IMG/VR virus record: IMGVR_UViG_3300042923_000474
Location: 62,001 to 126,000 of that record
Strand: one strand, 5' to 3'
Length of the DNA: 64,000 bases
The first letter of the stretch is position 1, and each line of letters begins with the position of its first letter. The notes below the pieces were generated by a model. That model ran no database searches. It was not told the origin of the DNA and saw only the letters and a list, made by a program, of their open reading frames with translations. The translations under genes and the position numbers were made by a program. Below are positions 45,647 through 55,131 of the stretch, in pieces.

Positions 45647-47302
45647 ATGACTGATCTCCCATTTGACGTTGACGAAGTTAAGGTTCCTCCCGTTCCACCA
45701 GTCGTTGAGGCTGAGGTCAAAGTCGAACCCAAGCCTGTAAAGGCAGGTAAGGCCAAGGCCGTTGTGGAAGTGGAAGAACCTGTCAACCAGTTTGCCGCTT
45801 TCTACATTGTGGAAAGCTCGATGCCGGACCGTGGTTTCTTCGGCGTCGGTGTACATGGGTACGTGACCACCCAGGTGAAGGCCAAGCGGGGCTACGGCCT
45901 CAAGAAGGTTGTGCCGACACCCAAAGGTTACAAGGACGATGGGAAGATGGAGTTGCAGATCATCCGTGAGGTGGTCGACATCCGTGCCCCATTGTCCAAA
46001 CCCGAACATACAGCCACTGTAGCCAACTGCATTTTGCAAGGCTGCGTGCTAGCGCTCGAATACGTGGCGCAGATGGAAGAGACACCCAAGACACTTTGCT
46101 TACTGGTCCCGCGCAAGAACCTTGCGTCGTTCATGACCAAAGGCTACCCCAAAGCAATTGAGGCGGGGTATGTGGATGGCAAGGGTAATCCCCTGGCGTT
46201 CCGTGAGGTCTTGGATGCGTACATTCGTGTTCTGGAAGTGCTCGCCTCAAAAGGGTGCAAGACTTCTATCGAGTACGTGTCTCTGGAGGACAAGCGTGGA
46301 CTGCCCGTCGCCAAGGCCAATGCCAATGACGCGGTGCTGTCTGCTCAGAAGTCCAAGGGTGCAGAGGTGGATGCCCATTGTATCGTGTCGCCGCCTGAAG
46401 GTTACTGGAACCACGATCATGGACGCCACCCACTCTTGGGTAAGTCTCGCATGGTCTTCAAGATGGCCAATAAGGAAGTCGTGGCTCAGGAACACGTCTA
46501 CCTGATGGACTTTGAGAAGTCTAGCAAAAAGAAAGAACACTTGCACAAGCTGGAAATCGAAGTTGGGCAGCTGTTGCCTTCGGCCTCGTACTGCGTGGCT
46601 CGAATCAACACACTAGATCCAATCATCCAGTCGATCCAAAAGCAGCATACGAACTATCTGGACACGAAAGTGGAACGGATGGCGGTGTTGTTTCTGGATG
46701 CGGTCTTCAAACCAGGTGCACACTCGGTCATGGAAAAGGTGGGCGCAGATTATCTGCACTCGACGACCTTTGTGACTGACTTGGCGGACAGCTACGGGGC
46801 GATGTACACCCACGAACTGAACCCGGCTCGTCAAGCACACAGAGCATGGAACGTGTACCTGGACATGGAGTCGCTGGTCCTGAGGTTTCTGGACCACAAG
46901 AAAGATAAAGGTGGTGCCGGTCAGTTCCATGGGGCGGACGGTATCTACATGGCCACCAATATCACCGAGCACTTCATTACCGTCACGGAAGACGCCAAAG
47001 GCAAACCTGTCTTTAAGGCATCGAAGCGGGTGGAAACGCCCAACACCAGCCTTCTAGTTCCAGCTGCTTACTGGGATGACAACGAGGAAAAGGTTAAGGA
47101 AGCTAAAATTAACCTGGCCATCGGACTCGACATGCCTAAACGTAACGCGATCGCTGCAATGGCGGGTGCGGAATACGAAGCCTACGTTTTGGTTCACCAG
47201 GACACGGCCTTCACGGTTAGACACTTTGTCGTAGTCACAAACGGGGATGAATACGGTATCTGGGCGGCGCCCTTTGCCAATCGAACCTTTGTCAAGAAAT
47301 AG
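45647..47302 (+). CDS. RNase H-like protein, phiKZ gp155-like, catalytic residues apparently degenerate
   Basis: GVGVHGY and HPLLGKSRMVF family blocks, synteny; YIVESS in place of Y.DG and no EL, DS or NE.AD motifs. Confidence 0.6.
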   Translation: MTDLPFDVDEVKVPPVPPVVEAEVKVEPKPVKAGKAKAVVEVEEPVNQFAAFYIVESSMPDRGFFGVGVHGYVTTQVKAKRGYGLKKVVPTPKGYKDDGKMELQIIREVVDIRAPLSKPEHTATVANCILQGCVLALEYVAQMEETPKTLCLLVPRKNLASFMTKGYPKAIEAGYVDGKGNPLAFREVLDAYIRVLEVLASKGCKTSIEYVSLEDKRGLPVAKANANDAVLSAQKSKGAEVDAHCIVSPPEGYWNHDHGRHPLLGKSRMVFKMANKEVVAQEHVYLMDFEKSSKKKEHLHKLEIEVGQLLPSASYCVARINTLDPIIQSIQKQHTNYLDTKVERMAVLFLDAVFKPGAHSVMEKVGADYLHSTTFVTDLADSYGAMYTHELNPARQAHRAWNVYLDMESLVLRFLDHKKDKGGAGQFHGADGIYMATNITEHFITVTEDAKGKPVFKASKRVETPNTSLLVPAAYWDDNEEKVKEAKINLAIGLDMPKRNAIAAMAGAEYEAYVLVHQDTAFTVRHFVVVTNGDEYGIWAAPFANRTFVKK

Positions 47303-47314
47303 CGGGTAATCACA

Positions 47315-47671
47315 ATGAGAACAGAAAGCCTCTGGAGTAAGTTTTTAGGACAGGTAGTTCCACAAGGTGTGAAGCGCAAACTGGTATTGGTGACAGTCTT
47401 CGTGGAATTGGAACGTGAGCGTGGTCATGACGAACCGCGCTTGTCTGACCTGAATGAGCAAATGCATTTGGTGGAAGACATTGATGTTCTCAACCGACTG
47501 GCTGACTTAGCCAAGGTGTTGTTTGGTGGGCGACACTGCCCGGTGGATAAGGACTCGATTACCGAGAACTGTTCCAAGGTGATGAGCTGGCTTCCCCAGT
47601 GGCTCAAATATGGCGAGCGTGACAAGATCTTCAATGATCTGGCCGAGCTGAACGTCAGTCATATCCGTTGA
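47315..47671 (+). CDS. Hypothetical protein (118 aa)
   Basis: Ends at a terminator. Confidence 0.65.
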   Translation: MRTESLWSKFLGQVVPQGVKRKLVLVTVFVELERERGHDEPRLSDLNEQMHLVEDIDVLNRLADLAKVLFGGRHCPVDKDSITENCSKVMSWLPQWLKYGERDKIFNDLAELNVSHIR

Positions 47672-47673
47672 CA

Positions 47674-47711
47674 GCATACTCCCCGCTCCCTAGGGAGCGG
47701 GGAGCCTATGC
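47674..47711. terminator. Bidirectional hairpin terminator
   Basis: GCATA-CTCCCCGCTCC-CTAG-GGAGCGGGGAG-CC-TATGC. Confidence 0.8.
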
Positions 47712-47713
47712 CC

Positions 47714-48937
47714 TTACCAGCCGCCTGGAGAAGCGTCTTGCGAGGATTGCCCTTGGTTGGTCCATGCAGAGATCAACTGCTCAGTGGTGGCTTCTACCAA
47801 ACGAATGGTGGTTGCACCCGACTGCACGTTAGCTGCCAGAACGTCCAAGTTCATGACCGGGTACAGACGACCACCCATGCGGATAGCGCCTACCAGATCA
47901 CCTGCCCAATCACGCTCTTCGTTGCCGAGCAGCGGATCACGGTCCAGCACTTCGAACACCCACGACACTTCATTGATGTCGACGTCCTGCTCCTGCTGCC
48001 ATTTGAGCGTGTCGTAGACGAATGTATGCGGGATATGCACACCACCCAATACCAACTCAGGTTCAGTGACGACGACCATCGACTCGGTCTTCATGGCGAT
48101 CTTGCGCGATTCAGCCAGAGGCTTCTTCAACTCGCCCACTTGGTGATCGCACGCCACTACCAACTCACGCACCAGGATACCGATCTGGCCGTACAGGTCG
48201 ATAGCCTGAGACATGTTGGCACAGATACCCGAGAGGATGACTGCAGTGTTCGCCGACAGTTTGGCGTTGCCTTCGTCGCTACCGTCTTCGATCTTGGTGA
48301 TGATGCGATCGATCTTGTCTGCAATCTCAATGGTCATCTTGACGATGCGCTGAGGATTGGTTTCCAGATAGCGGGTAGCCAGTGCGTTGGCATTGTCCCA
48401 CGTTGGTTTGACCTGAGAAAGGTTCTCGTAGATCGAAGACATGGGAAGGTGATCGACACGACCGGTTGGGTCAACGAACTTGGCCAGCGCAGCACGAGTG
48501 CCTTCGATGTCCTGCTCTTTGAAGTTCTTGAGGTCGGTGAGGGTGGCAGCCGAGGCCAGCGTATCAGGAGAAGCAATGCGCAGGGACAGCCAGATGCTGA
48601 ACGGCTTGAGCACTTCTTCTTCGATGTTCTCAACTTTCACCAGACCGTCGAACAACGATTCGGTGTAGGCCATCAGCGGACCCTTAAGGCCACGTGGCAC
48701 GCTGAGTTTGTTCGAAGAGATGTCAGAGTAGCGGCTACCCGCCAAGTCTTTCAGTACGCCGTTGTACGCCACCAGAGGGATCTTCACTTCTGGACGGATC
48801 TTGCCACGGGCCCAATCACCAATGGCACCAGCGATACCTTTGAGCTTGGCAGTCACAGAACCTGTGATGCTACCAGTCATGCCGTGGCCCAAAGCTTCCT
48901 GGACGATCATTTGGTGTTTCAGTTCAATCTCGTTCAT
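47714..48937 (-). CDS. Virion (head) protein, phiKZ gp153-like
   Basis: Divergent from UvsX as recalled for phiKZ; GAGG RBS before ATG 48937. Confidence 0.6.
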   Translation of the reverse strand: MNEIELKHQMIVQEALGHGMTGSITGSVTAKLKGIAGAIGDWARGKIRPEVKIPLVAYNGVLKDLAGSRYSDISSNKLSVPRGLKGPLMAYTESLFDGLVKVENIEEEVLKPFSIWLSLRIASPDTLASAATLTDLKNFKEQDIEGTRAALAKFVDPTGRVDHLPMSSIYENLSQVKPTWDNANALATRYLETNPQRIVKMTIEIADKIDRIITKIEDGSDEGNAKLSANTAVILSGICANMSQAIDLYGQIGILVRELVVACDHQVGELKKPLAESRKIAMKTESMVVVTEPELVLGGVHIPHTFVYDTLKWQQEQDVDINEVSWVFEVLDRDPLLGNEERDWAGDLVGAIRMGGRLYPVMNLDVLAANVQSGATTIRLVEATTEQLISAWTNQGQSSQDASPGGW

Positions 48938-49044
48938 TTCATTTCCTCGGACTTGGGCCGGGTGTGAACCGCAATAACGGCAATTTGGTTGTTGAGCGCC
49001 CATGCACGAATCTGAGCAGCGAGGCGTTTGCGTACTTCGGCCAT
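48934..49044 (-). CDS. 36-aa peptide (absent from the ORF track)
   Basis: AGAAGGAG RBS; MAEVRKRLAAQIRAWALNNQIAVIAVHTRPKSEEMK; ATGA overlap with the next gene. Confidence 0.65.
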   Translation of the reverse strand: MAEVRKRLAAQIRAWALNNQIAVIAVHTRPKSEEMK

Positions 49045-49142
49045 GATGGGCTCCTTCTAGTGACGGCTATAGTATTCCTTAAGGTGCCACGAGTCTGGGA
49101 AACCTATTGATTAGGATATTCCGTTAACTGGGGAAACACTCA

Positions 49143-50612
49143 ATGGCTCGTCGTGGAAACTTTGTATCGTCACCAGTGGTGATGCCGATCCTTAACACGG
49201 GTCGATTTTGGGACATTATCACCGGTAACCTCATACAGGGGAAACACGGTGACACTATCTGCATTGGTGGCTTGGCTTATCAAACAGGTATTGCGGGCCC
49301 CGGCAACACCTTCAAGTCGTTGTTCATGTGGGACATGCTGCTCGCCATCCTGAACAACTATATTTGCTCTCAGGGTAACATGTACGACACCGAGCTGTCG
49401 CAACAGCGCAGTCGTCCGCGTAACCTGTCGAAAATGTACGCACGTCTTAAAGAGATTGTGGACATCATCTTCGACGAGCAGATGAACGAGTCTGGTCAAC
49501 TGCAAATGACCAACGCTGCACAATACCTCGGTGACCAGTGGTACAACCTGTTCGCCGAATCCATGGACGAGAAGTTCGCCAAGGGCAAGAAAGAGATCGG
49601 CAAGAAGAATCCAGAGTACCTGCTGGAAACGCCGTTCATCAATCCAGACGGCACTCCAATGTTCGCCATGGTGCCAGACGTCTACGGCGTCGACTCCTTC
49701 TCCAACTTCCTCACGTCGTCCGTAGAGAAGCTGCAGAACGAGCATGACATCGGTGACGGTGGCCGTAACATGGAAGTGTTCCGCGGTGGTATGGCCAAGA
49801 CGCAGATGATGATGGAGCTGCCGGTCAAGACTGCACGCGGTGGTGGTTACATCCTGCTCTCTGCCCACATCGGTAAAGAGTTCGCCATGGACCCACGGAC
49901 TCCGCCTGCCAAGCAATTGGCGTTCATGAAACAAGGCGTGAAGTTCAAGAACGTGCCTGAGAAGTTCACTTTCCTTGTGAACAACTGCTGGCTGTCGATG
50001 AGTGCGTCGTCGTACTTCAACAGCTCCAGTGACCGTACACCGGCCTATCCTCGCAACAGCGACGACAAGATCGTGGGTGACACTGACCTCATGACCGTAC
50101 TGATTGCCAACCTGCGTGGTAAGTCGGGTGGTTCGGGTACGCCGTTTGAAGTGGTGGTGCGCCAGTCGGAAGGTGTGATGCACAGTCTGACCGAGTTGGA
50201 CTTCTGCAAGAAGTATGGTCGTTTCGGTTTGGACCCTAACGTCCAGAACTACTTCCTGCACCTGCGCCCTGATGTGAAGCTGTCGCGTACCACCGTGGAC
50301 AAGAAGTTCCGCGAAGACGCCAAGCTTGCTCGCGCCATGTTCATCACCTTCGAGATGTGCTACGCGCGTTACCTGCACCAGGACTGGCCAGAGCAGTACC
50401 GCAACATCACGCCTGAGGAGCTGTACAAGGGCTTGATCGAGAAAGGCTACGACTGGGACGTTCTGCTCGACACCGTGCCAAACTGGGACTTCGTGGACTT
50501 CGAGAAGGTTGCACCGAAGCCTCGTCTGACTACATGGGATTTGATGAACATGTACCACGGTACCTACCATCCTTACTGGATGAAGGACAAACCCAAAGCG
50601 GCTGCTAAGTAG
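49143..50612 (+). CDS. uvsX: UvsX/RecA-like recombinase, phiKZ gp152-like
   Basis: Walker A-like GPGNTFKS, MYDTE, Walker B YGVDSFS, ILLSAHIG, NLRGKSG. Confidence 0.8.
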   Translation: MARRGNFVSSPVVMPILNTGRFWDIITGNLIQGKHGDTICIGGLAYQTGIAGPGNTFKSLFMWDMLLAILNNYICSQGNMYDTELSQQRSRPRNLSKMYARLKEIVDIIFDEQMNESGQLQMTNAAQYLGDQWYNLFAESMDEKFAKGKKEIGKKNPEYLLETPFINPDGTPMFAMVPDVYGVDSFSNFLTSSVEKLQNEHDIGDGGRNMEVFRGGMAKTQMMMELPVKTARGGGYILLSAHIGKEFAMDPRTPPAKQLAFMKQGVKFKNVPEKFTFLVNNCWLSMSASSYFNSSSDRTPAYPRNSDDKIVGDTDLMTVLIANLRGKSGGSGTPFEVVVRQSEGVMHSLTELDFCKKYGRFGLDPNVQNYFLHLRPDVKLSRTTVDKKFREDAKLARAMFITFEMCYARYLHQDWPEQYRNITPEELYKGLIEKGYDWDVLLDTVPNWDFVDFEKVAPKPRLTTWDLMNMYHGTYHPYWMKDKPKAAAK

Positions 50613-50623
50613 CCGTATTACCG

Positions 50624-50645
50624 GGGGCAGCCTTCGGGCTGCTCT
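50624..50645 (+). terminator. UUCG hairpin without T-tract or TATGC
   Basis: GGGCAGCC-TTCG-GGCTGCTC. Confidence 0.45.
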
Positions 50646-50660
50646 CAAGGATTATTGCCG

Positions 50661-51005
50661 ATGAAAACCCTTCGAGATAATATTTATGATGTCCTCTCGG
50701 AGCATTGCAAAGTAACTGCGCGCCGCTGGCGCCAGAACTATGTTCCGTGTGCGGCCTTCGCCAGCCCTGAACAAGAACTTCAGGGTGTGGTTTCCTATTT
50801 CTTTCAGGCGTTCTCTCTCCTGCAAGGCAACTTCACACACGAACTCAGCTGCATTGTTTGCAACAGTCACGATAAGGATCTGTGGCTGGAAGATTTCCGT
50901 CGTGTGTTAGCCCCCGCATTTGTACAGAACGCCCGACACATCTTCTCCCCAGCACCGAAGCTTGACGACAACGTTAACTGGTTGAGTCAGTTGCTGAGCG
51001 GATAA
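50661..51005 (+). CDS. Hypothetical protein (114 aa)
   Basis: AAGGA RBS. Confidence 0.6.
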   Translation: MKTLRDNIYDVLSEHCKVTARRWRQNYVPCAAFASPEQELQGVVSYFFQAFSLLQGNFTHELSCIVCNSHDKDLWLEDFRRVLAPAFVQNARHIFSPAPKLDDNVNWLSQLLSG

Positions 51006-51022
51006 CACCTAAGGGGTGCCTC

Positions 51023-51703
51023 GTGGCCGGTAATCGTAAAGCTGCTGAAAAGATCATACTGAGCGACTTGGCTCTCTACGACAAGTCCCCCGGTAAGGAC
51101 AACGTCAAAAACTATGCCGCGTATTTCGCCGCAATGAATGATGCGCAATTCGATGGTTGGGTAGATCGGGTTGACAAACAGGAAGAATACATCCAGTTCA
51201 AAGTCCCTAACTTCCAGGGCAAAGACCTTACCTTCGAAGAGATCCTCGATATTGGGGATCGGGTAGGTTACAAGTTCTTCGAACGCATCTGGATCACCGA
51301 CCGGGCAACCGGCATCACCATGCTGTCGCCGCACGAGTACATGATTATCGTGCAGCCATTGCGACGCCAGTCTCAGTCGCTCATGGGCAAAATGTCCACG
51401 GCTGAAGATAACAGCCACATCGATACTTTGACCGATCAGCCAACTGGCGAGTCAAAGACCAGTAGCCTCTCGTTCGTAGAGACTCAGGTGGTGAGTAACC
51501 AAGGCATCCGTAAGCCCTTGGAAGAACTACTGCGGGTGCGTGGGGGTAACCTCAAGGCATTGGCACGGTTCGAACAGCAGTTCCTTGAATACGGGGAGGG
51601 GTCATTGGATGCGCCGGGCATGGAACAGGGTAAAGTAAAGTCTGTGCAAAACACGGCCATCTATCTGCGTGCAATGCACCTGGATAACAACTTCGATAAG
51701 TAA
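51023..51703 (+). CDS. Virion RNA polymerase split beta subunit, C-terminal part (phiKZ gp149-like)
   Basis: KMSTAEDNSHIDTLTDQPTGESKTSSLSFVETQV parallels the beta KmhaR...ltqQP.gG...rfgEmE region. Confidence 0.8.
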   Translation: MAGNRKAAEKIILSDLALYDKSPGKDNVKNYAAYFAAMNDAQFDGWVDRVDKQEEYIQFKVPNFQGKDLTFEEILDIGDRVGYKFFERIWITDRATGITMLSPHEYMIIVQPLRRQSQSLMGKMSTAEDNSHIDTLTDQPTGESKTSSLSFVETQVVSNQGIRKPLEELLRVRGGNLKALARFEQQFLEYGEGSLDAPGMEQGKVKSVQNTAIYLRAMHLDNNFDK

Positions 51704-52311
51704 TGGTGAAATTCATGGATCGTCAACAAGCCGCAATCCATTACATCTCCCAGGCAGAGATTGCCTTGAAGACGTGTTTGGAATGGTGTAAAGCCACGTA
51801 TGGAACTCCGGCTGCTGACCAGTTGTCTCGTTTGTTAACGAACACGCTGTTCAGTGAGAACTTGGCTGCCTACACTGAGCCAGGCGAGGTCCTTTCACTG
51901 TGGGGTGCCATCAGCCGTAGCCCGATCACTGAGAAGGTGTACGGTGGCGAATTCATCATGATGCTGTACAATCAGTTCAGCATGTATGTTGAACCTGCGG
52001 TGGTGGACAAGTCGGAAAGCCCTACCAACGTCAACAACCTGACCACTCTGGGTAAGCACCTGGTATCCTCAATTGCCCGTGCTCACCCGTTGGTCAAATA
52101 CCCTGAGACAGAAATGCACGTTGAGTTGGCGAACTTCAATTCGTTCCTCACCGACCTGCCCACCCCTGAGCAGGTGATTTCCATTCTGTCGTACTTCCCT
52201 TGGATCGCTCCACTGTACCTGCTGATGTTCTCCCAGCCTGCAACGCTGAAGAGCGTCTTGCACGAGTTCCAGATCAACAGTGGTTCGACCCCTAACGGCA
52301 CGGGTGCATAA
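51703..52311 (+). CDS. Hypothetical protein (202 aa)
   Basis: TAATG coupling on both sides. Confidence 0.7.
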   Translation: MVKFMDRQQAAIHYISQAEIALKTCLEWCKATYGTPAADQLSRLLTNTLFSENLAAYTEPGEVLSLWGAISRSPITEKVYGGEFIMMLYNQFSMYVEPAVVDKSESPTNVNNLTTLGKHLVSSIARAHPLVKYPETEMHVELANFNSFLTDLPTPEQVISILSYFPWIAPLYLLMFSQPATLKSVLHEFQINSGSTPNGTGA

Positions 52312-53114
52312 TGCGCAGCACTATCTTGATTGAACTGGATGCTTTGCTCGATACGCGCTTGGGTGCCATGCGTGTGTTCAGTGAAAGTCTCTGGACCAAC
52401 ACCTGGAACGATCCGGCGTATTACAATCGGTTGGTGGATGACTTCGACCATTACGGTGCGGGGACCACTCTGATGTGGCGCGGGATTTACGAACAGCGTG
52501 GTTCTCTGCGAGATGCGGAGAGTGGTCAACTCTTGGTGCTCAAGAACTCCATCATGACATGCATGGTGGGTAAGATCGGCATGCACCTACGTCAACTGTA
52601 CTCAACCAAAACCACCTCGCCTAACTTCATCGGTGCCGACGTGAAGGTTAACGTCTGGCCGTACGAGTTGGAACAGGTAGACATGGATGAGATCGTTTTG
52701 GCCCTGGAACAAATGATGGTCCCGGACGAAAGCGGGTCTGACGTTGAGATCGTTGATACCCAAATCAGTTGCGTGCGTTTGTCGCCTGCTGAATTGACGT
52801 TAGACGAGATCCGAGAGAAGTTCAGTCGGGTGGTGATGTACAACTTCAACGAGTGGTGGGACATTCAGGCTAAAGCAATCTACGAGGCGGAGCGCGGTGC
52901 TACGCTAACCGAGTTTGTGGTGCCTGAACTTCTGCGTTTGGACAAGACCCGCAAGATCGACAAGAAGGTCTTTGTCGATGACACAGGCAACATGTACAAC
53001 CCATTCACCGAGACTAAGCGCACGCTGTCTGTTTCGATGAACCTGAACTTCATGTCTCCGCTGTACTTCTCTGTCCCTAACCCCCAAGAGCTTATCAAGG
53101 ACTTGAAGGCATAA
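52311..53114 (+). CDS. Hypothetical protein with a HAD-like N-terminal motif
   Basis: ILIELDALLDTRLG. Confidence 0.6.
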   Translation: MRSTILIELDALLDTRLGAMRVFSESLWTNTWNDPAYYNRLVDDFDHYGAGTTLMWRGIYEQRGSLRDAESGQLLVLKNSIMTCMVGKIGMHLRQLYSTKTTSPNFIGADVKVNVWPYELEQVDMDEIVLALEQMMVPDESGSDVEIVDTQISCVRLSPAELTLDEIREKFSRVVMYNFNEWWDIQAKAIYEAERGATLTEFVVPELLRLDKTRKIDKKVFVDDTGNMYNPFTETKRTLSVSMNLNFMSPLYFSVPNPQELIKDLKA

Positions 53115-53150
53115 ACCCTCCCCCTCCCTGCAAGGGGAGGGGGAGTATGC
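53109..53150. terminator. Bidirectional hairpin terminator
   Basis: GCATA..CTCCCCCTCCC-TGCAAG-GGGAGGGGGAG-TATGC. Confidence 0.8.
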
Positions 53151-53153
53151 TCG

Positions 53154-53663
53154 TCACTTATCGTTTTCGAGCAAGTTGGTTCTGTCACGGGAGAAGCGGC
53201 TCTGCATGGCGCTGTACGTTATTGTGTGGCTGCCGGTATCCATTTCACCGGGTACCACTTCAATGTCGGGCAATTCGCTGTCCAGAGGGATAGCTGCACG
53301 CTGTACGGGTGCGCCTTCGACACGCATGACCGAACCGCTGCCTTGGCGGTTGGCCAACTCCAACAGAGCCTGTGCCACGATCTGGTCTTTCTTGGCATTG
53401 TTGTCGTCGGTCTTCTGACGCATGACACCCAGCTCTTGGGCGTCAAAGTCTTTCATCGTGTCGAGCAACATCTTCACACCGTCTTTATCGGTGGGGACTT
53501 TACCACCCGGTGCGAGTTCATCCATCATCTTCAAACGCACTTGTTGCGTAAGGCGAAGACGTTCTTCGTGGGTGGCGGGCATCACCGCGGGAACGATGGG
53601 GGTTACGTTCTCCAAGTGGGTTCCGTCTTCAACCACGCCTAAGTCTTTCAGTGCCTGATCCAT
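53154..53663 (-). CDS. Hypothetical protein (169 aa)
   Basis: Start moved to ATG 53663 with GAGG RBS. Confidence 0.65.
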   Translation of the reverse strand: MDQALKDLGVVEDGTHLENVTPIVPAVMPATHEERLRLTQQVRLKMMDELAPGGKVPTDKDGVKMLLDTMKDFDAQELGVMRQKTDDNNAKKDQIVAQALLELANRQGSGSVMRVEGAPVQRAAIPLDSELPDIEVVPGEMDTGSHTITYSAMQSRFSRDRTNLLENDK

Positions 53664-53673
53664 TGTAATGCCC

Positions 53674-53703
53674 TCTAATAACTCTTTCTCAAACCTAAAA
53701 CAT
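53674..53703 (+). promoter_or_regulatory. Possible early-type promoter, degenerate copy 3
   Basis: TAACT-N6-CAAACCTA with the same spacing as 27405 and 30445. Confidence 0.45.
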
Positions 53704-53766
53704 CTATTTGAATACCTACCTATAAGGTTTTGGTTATTCACCTAGGATGGATATGTGAGGCGTAAC

Positions 53767-54318
53767 ATGCTCGCACAATCATTTAGCTTTCCGGCTACTG
53801 GACGCCAATCCATGTTTCATCGATTGCTACGCTGGCTAGGATTTGGACAGGGGGACGCTCCTGCTCCAGATGAACGATTGGACAAGATGAATGCTATGCT
53901 TGTACAGGTAGACCGACTTCGACGTCTGATCGGTCAACACACTTGGAAAGGTCGCAGGGGAACCTGGCGTACCTCCAAGTTGGAAAGTGTTCATCCGAAC
54001 ATTTTCTACCTCATCAACACCGTACGGAGTACCACAGATGCAGTCATATCGAAATCGCCACCCCCGCGTGAAGCAATCCTGTCACGCAAGTTCATGGACA
54101 ACTTGTATCCCGTAACACTTGATGGCTATCTAACCGATGAGCAGGGACTGACCTGTCCACCGGAAACGATCATGCGGGAGCTGATAAAGGCCATCGAAGA
54201 TTTGGTCAACAACATCCGCATGTACGACCAAACGGACTCGACGTACTACGATTACTATCTTCGTCAGTGCTCGACTCTATTTGGCGAGTTGGAGATCATA
54301 ACAAAAACATACCTCTAA
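53767..54318 (+). CDS. Hypothetical protein (183 aa)
   Basis: GAGG RBS before ATG 53767. Confidence 0.65.
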   Translation: MLAQSFSFPATGRQSMFHRLLRWLGFGQGDAPAPDERLDKMNAMLVQVDRLRRLIGQHTWKGRRGTWRTSKLESVHPNIFYLINTVRSTTDAVISKSPPPREAILSRKFMDNLYPVTLDGYLTDEQGLTCPPETIMRELIKAIEDLVNNIRMYDQTDSTYYDYYLRQCSTLFGELEIITKTYL

Positions 54319-54347
54319 CTCAGCCAAGGTTACGAAGGACTTTTTGG

Positions 54348-55040
54348 ATGAGTGCTAAAGGTAATGACATCTACACGATGTTGGCTACCCCCGACAAACG
54401 GATTCGAGAAGCCCATGGCATTCTGTCACGGATGTATCGTCTCATTTTGTGGGAGTTGCAGATTACCCCTTACAAGTGGAATCTTTTCCTGATCAACTAT
54501 TTGGACAAGTTGACTGACCAACTCAATCTGTCCCAAGACCGGGTAACCAATGAGCGGAACAATCTGCGCAAAGGCCTATCCGATCCTGACATGACTTTCG
54601 AGATGCTTACTCGTGGTCTGTCTGTGTTGGCCCCCAGGGGGATGATCTTTAAGGTGGAACTGTTTTACGACAACGACGTTACCGTTCATTCCAGCGTTGA
54701 CATGCTGGCACCTGATACCGGTGACGTGGGCAAGTTGTCTGGGCTGTATCAGAACCTCTGCGCGATTATGGGTAAGGACGTCAATCATCTGGAACCTGAG
54801 ATTGAAGCCTACCTATGTAACAGTCTCGTACGCGAAGATACAAAGGGGCGCAAGAAGGGCAACGACAAGGGCAACCTGCGTCGGGAGTTGCCTGGGATGC
54901 AGATGACATGGGACGTGTTCAAGAAGGGCTTGCGGGTCTTGGCACCGAACATGACGTGCATCAGTGTAGAGCTTAAGTGGAACCGTAACCGGACCACTCG
55001 GCACATGTTGCGAATTGCAACGCCGAAGAAAGCTGCGTAA
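54348..55040 (+). CDS. Hypothetical protein with an internally duplicated domain
   Basis: NERNNLRKGL..PDMTFEML.RGLSVLAP echoed by NDKGNLRREL..MQMTWDVFKKGLRVLAP. Confidence 0.7.
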   Translation: MSAKGNDIYTMLATPDKRIREAHGILSRMYRLILWELQITPYKWNLFLINYLDKLTDQLNLSQDRVTNERNNLRKGLSDPDMTFEMLTRGLSVLAPRGMIFKVELFYDNDVTVHSSVDMLAPDTGDVGKLSGLYQNLCAIMGKDVNHLEPEIEAYLCNSLVREDTKGRKKGNDKGNLRRELPGMQMTWDVFKKGLRVLAPNMTCISVELKWNRNRTTRHMLRIATPKKAA

Positions 55041-55044
55041 CATG

Positions 55045-55093
55045 CTCCCCCACCTTCGGGTGGGGGAGTTTATGCTGCCTGTTTATTTTTTTT
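55045..55093 (+). terminator. UUCG hairpin followed by TTTATGC and a distal T-tract
   Basis: CTCCCCCACC-TTCG-GGTGGGGGAG-TT-TATGC. Confidence 0.8.
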
Positions 55094-55131
55094 GTCCAAT
55101 TCTATGAATCTTTTCCTACGAGTCCGATGCC

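Noticed and set aside
38411-51703. Inteins, introns or homing endonucleases in SbcC, UvsX or the RNAP subunit
   Set aside because: No splice-junction, LAGLIDADG, HNH or GIY-YIG motif noticed, and the ORFs are continuous.
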